Positions 38,036 through 49,963 of a DNA stretch of 64,000 nt are shown one piece after another. A program made the position numbers and the translations under genes. Position 1 is the first letter of the stretch. Each line of letters starts with the position of its first letter. The DNA is from Mobula hypostoma (Eukaryota). The DNA lies in the NCBI RefSeq assembly GCF_963921235.1, contig NC_086108.1, positions 109,370,001 through 109,434,000 on the forward strand. The letters run 5' to 3'. A model generated the notes under the pieces. The model was not told where the DNA came from and did no database searches. It saw nothing but the letters and a program-made list of their open reading frames with translations.

Positions 38036-39383
38036 AAAGATAAACAAAATGGGAAAATAGTTTTTGTTGTTGTCACATGTACTGAGACACAGTGCTGAAC
38101 TTGTTCTGCACACCGTCCATGTGGATAGTTTCATCACATCAGGGCATTGAGATAGCACATTGAGGCCCTCCATTGGTCAAGATCGACCAGGGATGTTGCA
38201 TCCCAGCTGTCTACAATACTTCGACAGAGCCCTCCATTTTCCTATCATCCATTAGCTATTCCCACCCCAGTTATCCACTCTATCTATGCCTCTTATCCTG
38301 TTGTACACCTCTATCAAGTCACCTCTTATCCTCCTAGCTTGCTCAAGCCATCCTTCCCCTCTACATAGCCCTCCATTTCTCTATCGCCCATCATTCTGTT
38401 TATACCTCATTCCTGACTGCTGGTCTGGACAACATCATCTCCAGATCCAACACTATTTAATTCACAGGAGAAGACCTGTGGTGCTATCGAGCTGAATACA
38501 CAGCACAGTATATTGATGGGTCGATTTCCCTCCACACCATACAGGCCTTCAATCACTCATACCTGAATATAACACTTAAATATTAAAGTATAAGAATATT
38601 CAACATAGAACATTACAGCACAGTACAGGCCCTTTGGCCTATGATGTTTTGCCAACTTTTAACCTACTCTGAAACCAATCTAACTCTTCCCTTCTACCTA
38701 ACTGTCCATTTTTCTATCATCCATGTGCCTAATCTAAAAGTTTCTTAAATGCCCCTAATGTATCTGCCTCTATCATCACCCCTGGCAGGGCATTCCACGC
38801 ATCCACCACTCTCTGTGTAAAAAAATCTGCATCTGACATCCACCTAGGGAATGAGATGGGGAACTAAAATGATAAATATTTAAATGAGGGGCTAATATGG
38901 ACACAAGTATACATTGAAATAGAATGAGCCTGCGGACAGAGGTAAATGTCAACCAGTTCACAAAAACACGTGTCCCACCACTCAGTGTGACCATGACTGA
39001 TCTGCCCCAGACCTCCCTTTCTGTGCCAATTCCCTTTCACCCTCAGTCCCCTGATCTGTCAAACATTTCTCCCCTCCTCTTTAAACTCCCCAGAGATCAG
39101 TCTTCAGCGCCTCTGGGGTGGAAAATTCCAAAGATTCCCCTCCCTCTGAGAAGCACCTGTCGAGTTTTAGATGTCTGTCCCCTAAGCCCGTAACCATGTC
39201 TTCTCGTTCGAGACCTCCCCACTGCATCTCCCATGCTGAATCCCCACAGGGTCAGAGATGTTACGGTAAAGTCACCCCTCATTCTTCCAAACTCCATGTT
39301 AAAGAACGTAGAACACTGTGCTACAGTACAGGCCCCCCCAAGGGAATGAGATGGGGAAATAAAGTGATCAGTATTTAAATGGA

Positions 39384-39514
39384 CACAAACAACAGGAAAT
39401 CTGCAGATGCTGGAATTTCAAGCAACACACATCAAAGTTGCTGGTGAACGCAGCAGGCCAGGCAGCATCTATAGGAAGAGGTACAGTTGATGTTTCGGGC
39501 CGAGACCCTTCGTC
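39384..39514 (-). mobile_element. Penelope terminal-repeat insertion truncated within the hammerhead core
   Basis: TSD ATTTAAATGGA / ATTCAAATGGA (39373-39383, 39515-39525). Same subfamily as 23126 and 59122. Confidence 0.8.
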
Positions 39515-39975
39515 ATTCAAATGGAGTTGGTTGGGGGTGGGGTGCTGACACAGATTCAAGTAAAGATCGAAATGGAAAGAGACTGCTGAAAGAGATAAAT
39601 GGGCTGGCTGGTGGGAATGTCAACCGGTGAGACAAATAGATCACAGAGAGTATTGGTGATCCATACACAGGCCCACACTTTAGAACAGAGTAAAGTAAAG
39701 CACAGTATAGTAGTGGCCCCTCAGCCCACAATATTCTGCCAACCTTTTAACCCTTCCCTCCTACATAGCCCTCCATTTTTTTTTTCATCCATGTGCCTAT
39801 CTAAGAGTTTCTTAAATTGGGCTATCTCCAGTGTGATGATCAACAAAAAATTTGACAATGGTAATTGGCTTATTACTGCTAAATGAGTGTAATGCATAAT
39901 TAGTTTAAATTTAAGTTTATGTTAACTTATGTCAATCCTTGTAATGTACTGTGCTGCTGTGGCGAAGGGCTACTT

Positions 39976-40359
39976 TCTTTCTTTCTTTTTCAATCTTTTT
40001 ATTAGTTTCACAAAATATAAACATGACAAAGTAGTTGGGAATACATTGTTATAATTAATATAGTAATTATAAAACTGAAAAATTAATTGACAAAACTCCC
40101 GATCATAAAGGATACCAATGGATAATACAGAATAAAAAGAAATAACTAGACAAAAATCATGAAAAAGGAAAAAATAATAATAACCCTCCCCCCCCCAAAA
40201 AAGCTAATCTAAACAGAATTAATCAACTAAACTGAAAAAAAAAAGACCTGGGCTGTTTTAACATCATAAAAAATGGGAGAAAAGAAAACTTTAGTGTCGA
40301 CGACTCCGTTCCTCTCAACCAACATTACAGAGAAGTAAAATAAGTTTGGAAATGGTCAA
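39976..40359 (-). mobile_element. 5'-truncated L1/Tx1-type 3' end
   Basis: Exact 12-bp TSD GAAGGGCTACTT (39964-39975, 40360-40371). Minus strand ends aataaaaagattgaaaaaagaaagaaag. Clade assignment inferred from the tail. Confidence 0.7.
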
Positions 40360-40764
40360 GAAGGGCTACTTGATGCACTGTGCATGTGTGCCTGTAATAA
40401 CAATAGACCAGAACCTGAGGCTCATGGAAGGGCAGCTCTCCGTCAGACCAGGCACCTTCCAGCCTTCCAGACTCACACAGAGTTCAACACCTTCAGCCAA
40501 TGGCTCACTGAGGAGTGATCTTGCAGAAGTGTATATAATCGCGAGGGGTGTAGATAGAATGAATCTTATTGGCAGGGATGGAGAATCAAGGTCTAGAGGG
40601 CATATTTGTATTGGTTTATTACCGATCAAATCTGCACTGCGGTAGGACGAACAATAACAGAATGCAGAATAAAGTGTAACACCTACAGAGAAAATGCACT
40701 ACAGGTAGACAATGAGGTGTAGTTAGGTAGGTTTCGAAGTTAAGAGATCAACTATATTGGAGAA

Positions 40765-41160
40765 GGTCTAGAGAAGGTTCATGAGAAAGATCCATGGAAT
40801 GAAAAGGTTAATGTATCAGGAGCGTTTGATGGCTCCAGGCCTGTACTCACTGGAGTTTAAAAGAATGAGAGGGGAGTTTCATTGAAATCCATTGATGATT
40901 GAAAGGCCTAAGTAGAGTGGATATGGGGGGGAGAGTCTAGGACCAGAGGGCACAGCCTCAGAATAGAGGGACATCTCTTTAGAATAATGATGAGGAGGGA
41001 CTTCTTTAACCAAAGGGTGGTGACGCTATGGAGGCCAAGTCACTGGGGATATTTAAAGTGGAAGTTGATCGGTTTTTGACTAGACAGGGAGTCAACGTTT
41101 ATAGGAAGAAGGAAGGCAGAAGAATGGCGTTGAGAAGGGTGATAAATCAGCCATGATCAA
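40765..41160 (+). mobile_element. CR1 LINE 3' fragment
   Basis: ctgtactcactggagtttaaaagaatgag...accagagggcacagcctcagaatagagggac. Confidence 0.85.
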
Positions 41161-42382
41161 ACATTATCAGATATTTAGCGTGTTTTTATGATGTTATTTA
41201 TGCTTATAGGGTTTTTTGTATTGCTTCAGATCTGCAGTAACAATCATTTTTTCTCTTTTACATTTGTGTACTGACGAATGACAATAAAGAATCTTCAGTC
41301 TTCAATCCTGAATCTTCAGCCTCAAGGTGCATGATTTTGCATCAGATCAGATCACCAAGGATTGTACTGGGCAGCCTGCAAGTGTCTCCATGTTTCCGGC
41401 GCCAACATAGCACGCCCACAGCATATTAACTCCAGCCCATACATATTTGGAACGTGGGAGGAAACTGGAGCCCTCAGAGGAAATCCTCATGGTCACAGGG
41501 AGGCATGCAAACGCCTTACAGACAGCGGCGGGAATTGAACCCTGATTTTGCAGTTGGTTGCTGTAAGGTGTTGTGCTAACCTCCACGGTACTGTGCCACC
41601 CCCAACACGGATTTCACAAGAAAAAAATACAATTAGAGCAAATAAACTGTCCGTTGTGGTGAAAAGTGGTCAAGGTGGCCATACTTGCTAAAGTGCTATG
41701 ATTAGGGTTGTGCTGGCTCGCTCAAGAAGCGAATGGTTAAAGTTCATATCTGCAGCCCCTTCCTTTCGCTATAAACCTTCTTTCAGGTGCCTATAATAAT
41801 TAATAGTTTTAGTACAGTAATTAAACTCATTTCACTGTAAATTCATTTTTATATCTCAGTCAATCAGCCTAATTTCCTTGTTTTGCCTTCAGGAATTTGT
41901 GCTCCATGTTGGAGTCACTCTGGGAACACTGTTGTTAAGTGTGTGTTCAGAATGACCTTTAATAATTACATGGTTTTCTCTTTTGTTGTCAATGAAACCC
42001 TCACCCTGCTTCAGACTTAATGAAGACCAATAAATGGTGACAACTGGGAAAGGAAAAGGAAGACTAATCTTCTGATTCAGATTTGGGTTTATTTATCCCA
42101 TGTACATTGAAACATCCAGTGCAATGCGTTGTTAGTGTTAACACTCAGCTCACCCGTGGATGTGCTGAGGGCAGCCCACAAGTATTGTCACACATTCCGG
42201 CACCAACAAAACATGCCCAGAATTCTCGGCAGAGCAACACAAAACAGAACAAAACATTGATAATGCACCAACAGCAAAACAAGCGCCATTCCTCTCTCTC
42301 ATATTCATCCACACACATACACAATTCTCCAAACCCAGGGCAGGCCGCCTTCAGCCTCCAGCTACCAGTGCACTCATGATTA

Positions 42383-43016
42383 AACCTGGTCCCAACATAT
42401 CGATGTAGTTATAAAGAAGGCAAGGCAGTGGCTATACTTCATTAGGAGTTTGAAGAGATTTGGCATGTCAACCAATACACTCAAAAACTTCTATAGATGT
42501 ACCATGGAGAGCATTCTGACAGGCTGCATCACTGTCTGGTATGGAGGGGCTACTGCACAGGACCAAAAGAAGCTGCAGAAGGTTGTAAATTTAGTCAGCT
42601 CCATATTGGGCACTAGCCTACAAAGTACCCAGGACATTAGGGGGCAGTGTCTCAAAAAGGCAGTTTCCATTACAAAGGTCCTCCAGCACCCAGCGCATGC
42701 CCTTTTCTCACTGCTACCATCAGGTAGGAGGTACAGAAGCCTGAAGGCACACACTCAGCGATTCAGGAACAGCTTCTTCCCCTCTGCCATCCGATTCCTA
42801 AATGGACATTGAATCTTTGGACACTACCTCATTTTTTTTTTAAATACAGTATTTCTGTTTTTGCACGTTTTTAAAAAATCTATTCAATATACATATACCG
42901 TAATTGATTTACTTATTTTTTTTCTCTGCTCGATTATGTATTGCATTGAACCGCTGCTGCTAAGTTAACAAATTTCACGTTACATGCCGGTGATAATAAA
43001 CCTGATTCTGATTCTG
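42383..43016 (+). mobile_element. Rex1/Babar 3' fragment, relatively young
   Basis: ORF 42450..42812 has NFYRCTMESILTGCITVWYG...LLPSGRRYRSLKAHTQRFRNSFFPSAIRFLN; tail gattctgattct. Confidence 0.92.
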
Positions 43017-43134
43017 AACATTTCAGCACAGTACAGGCCCTTTGGCCTACAATGTTGTGTTGAACTTTTAACCGACTCTGAAATCAATCTAAGTCTTCCC
43101 TCCTACATAACCCTCCATTTTAAATAAAATTTAA

Positions 43135-43553
43135 AAAAATAATAAATAAGCAAGTAAATTAATTATGCATATTGAATAGATTGAAAAAAACGTGCAGAAC
43201 AGAATTTGTATATTAAAAAAAAGTGAGGTAGTGTTCATGAGTTCAATGTTCATTTAGGAATCAGATGGCAGAGGGGAAGAAGCTGTTCCTGAATTGCTGA
43301 GTGTGTGCCTTCAGGCTTCTGTACCTCCTACCTGATGGTAACAGTGAGAAAAGGGCATACCCTGGGTGTTGGAGATCTTTAATAATGGACATTGCCTTTC
43401 TGAGACACTGCTCCCTGAAGATGTCCTGGGTACTTTGTAGGCTAGTGCCCAAGATGGAGCTGACTAGATTTACAACCCTCTGCAGCTTCTTTCGGTCCTG
43501 TGCAGTAGCCCCTCCATACCAGACAGTGATGCAGCCTGTCAGAATGCTCTCAC
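43135..43553 (-). mobile_element. Rex1/Babar 3' fragment, inverted relative to 42383-43016
   Basis: ORF 43261..43452 is a near-identical peptide (GTSLQSTQDI...LLPSGRRYRSLKAHTQ). Confidence 0.92.
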
Positions 43554-43849
43554 AGTACAGCTATAGTGTACTGTGTTCTGTATTGTATATTCTTATACTT
43601 CAATATTTAAGTGTTATATTTAGATATGAGTGATCAGAAGACCTGTGTGGTCTGGAGGCAAATTGACCCAAACCCTCTCAACAGCACTACAGGTCTTCTC
43701 CTGTGAATTAAACAGTGTTGGACCTGGGATGATGTTGTCCCCCCGAAGGTTCTCCAACAGTCAGGAATGAGGCATAAATCTTGTGCTTGCAGCTGTTTTA
43801 TTAGATGTTCATAACAAAAAATAACAGTAAAACAGTGGGTTGGTGTAGG

Positions 43850-44135
43850 ACCAGAGGGAACAGTCTCAGAATAGGGGGGCATCCATTTAAAACAGAGATG
43901 AGGAGTAATTTCTTTAGCCAGAGGGTGATGAATCAGTGAAATTCATTGCCACAGGCAGCTGTGGAGATCAAGTTATTGAGTATATTTGAAGCAGAGGTTG
44001 ATAGATTCTTGATTAGTAAGGGTGTCAAAGGTTATGGGGAGAAGGCAGGAGAGGGATAATAAATCAGCCCCGATGGAATGATGGAGAAAACTCAATGGGC
44101 TGAATTGTCTAATTCTACTCCTGTGTCTTGTGGTG
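43850..44135 (+). mobile_element. CR1 LINE 3' end
   Basis: aatttctttagccagagggtgatgaatc...atgggctgaattgtctaattctactcct. Confidence 0.85.
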
Positions 44136-44241
44136 TAAAAACACAGCAGCCGGTAACTAACTGAATGTAATCAACTCATTCTACTGTGACTCAGGAGACG
44201 ATAGAAAGAGAGACAAAGAACCAAGCCTAGTGATCGAGGAT

Positions 44242-44242
<1 letters not shown>

Positions 44243-44289
<47 letters not shown>

Positions 44290-44315
44290 CGTCTCTCTCT
44301 CTCTCTCTCTCTCTC
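44243..44315. repeat. Compound microsatellite (GT)n(GC)n(CT)n
   Basis: Directly visible in the sequence. Confidence 0.97.
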
Positions 44316-44772
44316 GCTCACTGCTCCCAATGGAAAGCCCCTATGTTCGAATGCCCCCTCCATCTCCCCCTCCGTCCCTCTCCCAAACCCCCTCTATGCT
44401 GTCAAAGGATGGTACAGAAGTTCTGGGTCTGCGGTTTGTAAAATGGGTTAATGAACACTGAGCTGAACTGAATGTGGACTCTTCCGATTTAGTATTTAAT
44501 ATTCTGTGTTTTTACTCGTTCTTTCTTGTTACCATTTGTGCATGGGGGTTGATGTTCTCGTTGCCGTTCGTGCGATTTGCTTCTTTTCGTGCATGGGGAG
44601 AGTTGAACGTTTTTCCTTTGAGTGGCTTCCATGGTTTTCTTTGCTCCATGGCTCTCTGGAGAAGATGAATTTCAGAGTTGTATATTGCATACGTACTTCT
44701 ATAATAAATGTACCTTGAATCTTTTGGTGATTATACAAGTAAGTAAACATATAGGAAGTTAAACTGCAAACT

Positions 44773-45685
44773 TTCATGAAATTCTGCACCCTTTTTTCTC
44801 CAAATATACCTTTGCTCATTGCAGCCAAAAAGTTCTGTTTTAACTTCATCAGTCGACAGGACTTGTTTCCAAAATGCATCAGGCTTGCTCAGATGTTCCT
44901 TTGAAACTTTTGATAGAACTTTTTGGCCACAATAAGCAAAGGTATGTTTGGAGAAAAAAGGGTGCAGAATTTCATGATAAGAACCCCTCTCCAACTGTGA
45001 AGCACGGGGGTGGATCGATCATGCTTTGGGCTTGTGTTGCAGCCAGTGGCACGGGGGACATTAACTGGTAGAGGGAAGAATGAATTCAATTAAATACCAG
45101 CAAATTCTGGAAGCAAACATCACACCATCTGTAAAAAAGCTGAAGATGAAAAGAGGATGGCTTCTACAACAGGATAATGATCATAAACACACCTCAAAAT
45201 CCATAATGGACTACCTCGAGAGGCACAAGCTGAAAGTTTTGCCATGGCCCTCACAGTCCCCCAACCTAAACATCATCAAGAATCTGTGGATAGACCTCAA
45301 AAGAGCAGTGCATGCAAGACAGCCCAAGAACCTCACAGAATTAGAAGTCTTTTGCAAGGAAGAATGGGCGAAAATCCCCCAAACAAGAATTGGAAGATTC
45401 TTAGCTGGCTACAAAAAGCGTTTACAAGCTGTGATACTTGCCAAAGGGGGTGTTACTAAGTACTGCCATGCAGGGTGCCCAAACTTTTGCTTGGGCCTTT
45501 CTCCTTTTTTGTTCCGTTGAAACTGTAAAAGATCGAAATAAAAAAGTTTTCTTGCTTAAAATGTTAAAGAAATGTGTCATCTTTAACTTTATGCCTTTTC
45601 GGAAATCAGTTCATCTTTTACTCGCTTAGGTATTCACAGTAACAGAAATTTTGATCAGGAGTGCCCAAACTTTTGCATGCCACTG
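44773..45685 (+). mobile_element. Tc1 transposon 3' half with an internal inverted segment
   Basis: Peptides PTVKHGGGSIMLWAC, QQDNDHKH and WPSQSPNLNIIKNLW. Right TIR gtgcccaaacttttgcatgccactg with an inner direct repeat at about 45473. Confidence 0.9.
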
Positions 45686-46783
45686 TGAGTACTGAGAAAA
45701 CAACCAATGTGCAAAAGGAGACAAATGTGTAAATAATAAAGTAAATACTGAGAACGAGTTGTGGAGACCGTGAAAATGAGTGTATAGGTTGTATATGTTC
45801 TACGTACTGCCACTATAGTGATACTCACCAATGAAAACCAAAGACTGACAAGCAATTAATGACCATGAAGTATAGTAACAGAATTAGGCCACTCGGCCCA
45901 TCATGTCCTTTCTATCATTCCATCATCCCTGATTTATCATCCTTCTCAACCCCATTCTCCCTGTAACCTTTGATATCCTGACTATTAATGTGCAAAAAAA
46001 GACAAATTGTTGAAAAAATATTTTAGAAGTAAATAAATAATCCAACTGAATTTGATTGCACACAATAAATTTATTAATTCAGTTGGATGCCTGATAAACT
46101 ATGCAGAAGCAGATGCAACGCTGGATGCAAGCCCTCAAACACTTCACTGTGAAGAGCGTTGAAAGAAATCCTTCAACAGATGGGCTTCAGTTGCCCACCA
46201 ACCTCCCCGTCAAGGTCAGACATCGATGGGCAGCATTCCCAATTGTCACAGAGTTACCAGACTATACTAATAACAGTTGGAGAAACAAAATGAAAATTTG
46301 ACAAGTACAAACTGCGTAAACGTTATCCATTAAATAATATATAATGCTGCTATTTGTTGGGTCTGCAATATAGCAATTACATTTAGAATTAATAGTGCCT
46401 TATAAATAAATAAACTTGGCAAAGCTGTGCTCGATTATTAAATATACTGCAGCAGTCAATCCAAGCACTGGATTCTCTGCGTGAGTCGGAGTTATTTTGG
46501 GTTTGACTGATAGGAGAGCGGTCGTGGTTATCAGGTTATACCTGCTTTATGTAAATTAGTGGGATTGTTAAAACGGGTCTGCCGGGGGGGCGGGGGGGGG
46601 CAGCGGAATCAGAATCAGGTTTAATATCACCGGCATAGGTCGTTAAATTCATTGTTTTGAGGCAGCAGAATATTGCAAAACATAATAAAAAGCTATAAAA
46701 TACAATAAGAAACTAATATATAATATATATATTTCTTATTGTAATCATATGTACAGGGTATATATCTATCTATATGTTAGATT

Positions 46784-46995
46784 GAAGAAGAAAGCCCTTA
46801 ACTCCGAGTGGAGTCATCGGGACACCGTCATGACGGCGTTTTTTTCAGCAAGCTTTCTTATTTTTACGAGGCCAAGTTGCTAGCTCGACGCTCAACCCAG
46901 CACGGATGGAAAGCGCGCAAGGGAGCCGGCTGGATTCGAACTCGGGACCCTTCGCTCCGAAGTCCGGCGCTGATGCCACTACGCCACCAGCTGTC
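46784..46995 (-). mobile_element. Young tRNA-derived SINE with (TTC)n tail
   Basis: Exact 14-bp TSD CTATATGTTAGATT (46770-46783, 46996-47009). Minus strand has A box tggcgtagtgg and B box gagttcgaatcc; CpG-rich. Confidence 0.9.
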
Positions 46996-47009
46996 CTATA
47001 TGTTAGATT

Positions 47010-47466
47010 AAGGGGTCCTCAATGATGGATGCCATCTTTTTAAGCCATCACCTTTTGAAGGTTCCTCAATGGTGGGGAAGGTAGTGCCCATGATGGTGCT
47101 GATTGAGTTTACCACTTCCTGCAGCTTTTTCTGATTCTGTGCAGTGGTCCCTCTATACAAGACAGTGATACAACCAGTTAGAATGCCATCCACAGTAGAT
47201 TAGTAAAAATTTGTGAGTGTCTTTCATGGCATACCAAATATCCTCAAACTCCCAATGAAGAACCGATGTTGGAGTGCCTTCTTCGTGTCTGCATCTGTAT
47301 GTTGGGCCCAGGATAGATCCTCTGAGATACTGATGCCCCAGAACCTGAAAATGCCCATCCTTTCCTCTGCTGATCCCTCAATGAGGACTGGTGTGTGTTC
47401 CCTTGACTTCCCCTTCCTGAAGTCCACAATCAATTCCTTGGTCTTACTGACATTGAGTGCAAGGTT
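47010..47466 (-). mobile_element. Rex1/Babar RT fragment
   Basis: ORFs have NLALNVSKTKELIVDFRK and GILTGCITVLYRGTTAQNQKKLQ. Confidence 0.88.
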
Positions 47467-47489
47467 GAGTCCTAGCTGTCCACATGATT

Positions 47490-47785
47490 CATAACCCCAC
47501 ACACAAGCCAGGCCTTGGCACTATGGAGAGCAAGCTGTTGCCCATGCGGCAGGATCCCCCCTCTCCACTCAGCTGTTAAATCCAAACGAGCAGCAGAGAT
47601 TTGGCACCAATGGCATCGCAGAAGTTGTCAGTCAGACTGCCTTAGGGACTTCAGCTCTGGATTTACCCTCAGGGTTTACTTCTGGCACCTTACCCATGAG
47701 TGTATAGCCGCAAGGCAGCAGAAGTTTGGTATCAGAGTTTTCCTTCTCCTAGATGAGCTGCACCATGGCTGATGAGACCCATTTA
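47490..47785 (-). mobile_element. RTE 5'UTR-derived fragment
   Basis: Minus strand has cagctcatctaggagaaggaaaactctgat, a motif I recall from RTE/Expander 5' UTRs. Confidence 0.55.
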
Positions 47786-49200
47786 TCTAAAAAAAGCTTC
47801 CTCATCTTTCCTATAATGAGGAGACCAGAGATGAAAGCATGTGTGGTCCAGCCAGGGTTTAATAGACTTGCAACATTACCTCATAGCTCTTGAATTCAAT
47901 CCCCTGACAAATGAAGCCAAACACAACATATGCCTCCTGAGCAATCCTATCAACTTGTACATGAATATTGGACAGTAGGATAGCAAAATCGCTAGCATAT
48001 CGTAATTACAACACCGATAACCTGGTTTCAGTTCCGCTTCTATCTGTAAGGAGTTTGTACGCCCAGACCAGATCATGCCAAACTAATGTACTGGACACCA
48101 AGGTAGTAAATGTCAAACAGAATAAAGTGCTACAGTTACAGAGAAAGTGCAGTACCGATAGGCAAATAGTGCAGTGCAGGATAGCGCTGGAGCATAGCAG
48201 CTAGCAAAACATTGTTATTATTATTAGGGGTTCAATTCACGCCACTGCCTGTAAGGAGTTTTTACCTTCTCCCATTTCCCGGTGGGTTTCCTCTGACTGC
48301 TCTGGTTTCCTCCCACATTTCAAAGACAAACAGGTTAGAGTTAGTAAATTGTAGACTTGCTACATGGAAGCATGGCAAGACTTGCAGGTTACCTCCAGAC
48401 AACCCGTGTTGACTTGTTTGGACACCAACAATGCATTTCACTATATATCTCGATATTTTGATGCACACATGACAAATAAAGCTAATCTGACCTTTTGATG
48501 AAGGGAATGGAGGACCAGTGCTCATTTACAAGCAGAAATGAATTAGTTTAATTTGGTGCCCATTCTCTATGGAAAAGCAAAGTTCAAAGTAAATATACTA
48601 TTAAAGTTCATTTTCTTGTGGGCATTCACAATAAGCACAAAAAACACATTAGAATCAAAGAAAAGCTGCACACAACAGGATGGACAGACGACCAGTGTGA
48701 AAAAATTAACAAATTATGTAAATACAAAATGAAAAAAAAACGATGAATATAGAGAATGTGAGATGAAGAGTCCTTTAAAGTAGGAACATTGTTTGTGGGA
48801 ACATTTCAGTGATGAGGAAAGTGAAGTTGAGTGAAGTCATCCTCTCTGGTTCAAGAGTCTGATGGTTGAGAGGTAATAACTGTCCCTGAACCTGGTGAAA
48901 TGGGTCCTGAAGCTCCTGTACCTTCTTCCTGATGGCTGCATAATCAAATGACCAACCACAGACATTTTCTTACCCTCCCCCCCAACCCCCATCGAGCAGT
49001 AGATATAAAAGCCTGAAAGCACAAACCCCCAGGCTCAAAGGCAGCTTCTAATCTACTGATATAAGACTATTAAATGGTTCCCCATACGATAAGTTGGACT
49101 CTTGAACTCACAATCCTCACAAGCTACCTTGTTCTGATCTTGAGTAGCACACAAAATTCTGGAGAAACTCGGCAGGTCAGGCAGCATCTATTTCATTGAT

Positions 49201-49543
49201 CATGTGGATTGTCAGAGGCTTTTTCCCAGGGCTGAAATGGTTGCCACAAGAGGACACAGGTTTAAGGTGCTGGGGTGTAGGTACAGAGGAGATGTCAGGG
49301 GTAAGTTTTTTACTCAGAGAGTGGTGAGTGCGTGGAATGGGCTGCCGGCAATGGTGGTGGAGGGGCGCGGAGGCGGATATAATAGGGTCTTTTAGGAGAC
49401 TTTTGGATAGGTACATGGAGCTTAGTAAAATAGAGGGCTATAGGTAAGCCTAGTAATTTCTAAGGTAGGGCCATGTTCGGTACAACTTTGTGGGCCGAAA
49501 GGCCTGTATTGTGCTGTAGGTTTTCCATGTTTCCGTGTTTCTA
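49201..49543 (+). mobile_element. CR1 LINE 3' end
   Basis: ORF 49204..49395 has [34 protein letters not shown]. Confidence 0.9.
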
Positions 49544-49669
49544 CTCAGTAATTCGACATTACACAGGATCTCTCTCTCTCCCTAATAAGGGAAAAAGAGG
49601 TGTCTCCGTTTCACAACGAAAGGGGAGACATAACAAACAAGTCCCTGATTTACGATGTTTCACAGAGCG

Positions 49670-49948
49670 ATGCACAAAATGCTGGAGGAACTTAGCAAAT
49701 CAGACAACATCACTGGAAATTATGTCCTGAGGAAGGGTCTCGGCTTGAAATGTTGACTGTTTATTCCCATCAATGGATGCTGCCTGACCTGCTGAACTCC
49801 TCCAGCACATTGTGTGTATTGCTCTAGATTTCCAGCATCTGCAATACCTCTTATGTCAATGGAAATGAATAAACAGTCAAAATTTTGGGCCTGGACCCTT
49901 CACAGGAATGGGAAGGAAGGGGGAAAGATGCCAGAATAAAAAGGTGGT
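49670..49948. mobile_element. Rearranged Penelope terminal repeats in both orientations
   Basis: gtcCTGAGGAagggtctcggcttGAAAtgttgactg on + (about 49724-49759) and a degenerate minus-strand copy at about 49873-49908. Confidence 0.75.
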
Positions 49949-49963
49949 GAATTTATTTATTTA

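Noticed and set aside
46583..46600. G-run or G-quadruplex candidate
   Set aside because: A simple homopolymer next to a TE tail; similar C/G runs occur elsewhere and nothing indicates function.
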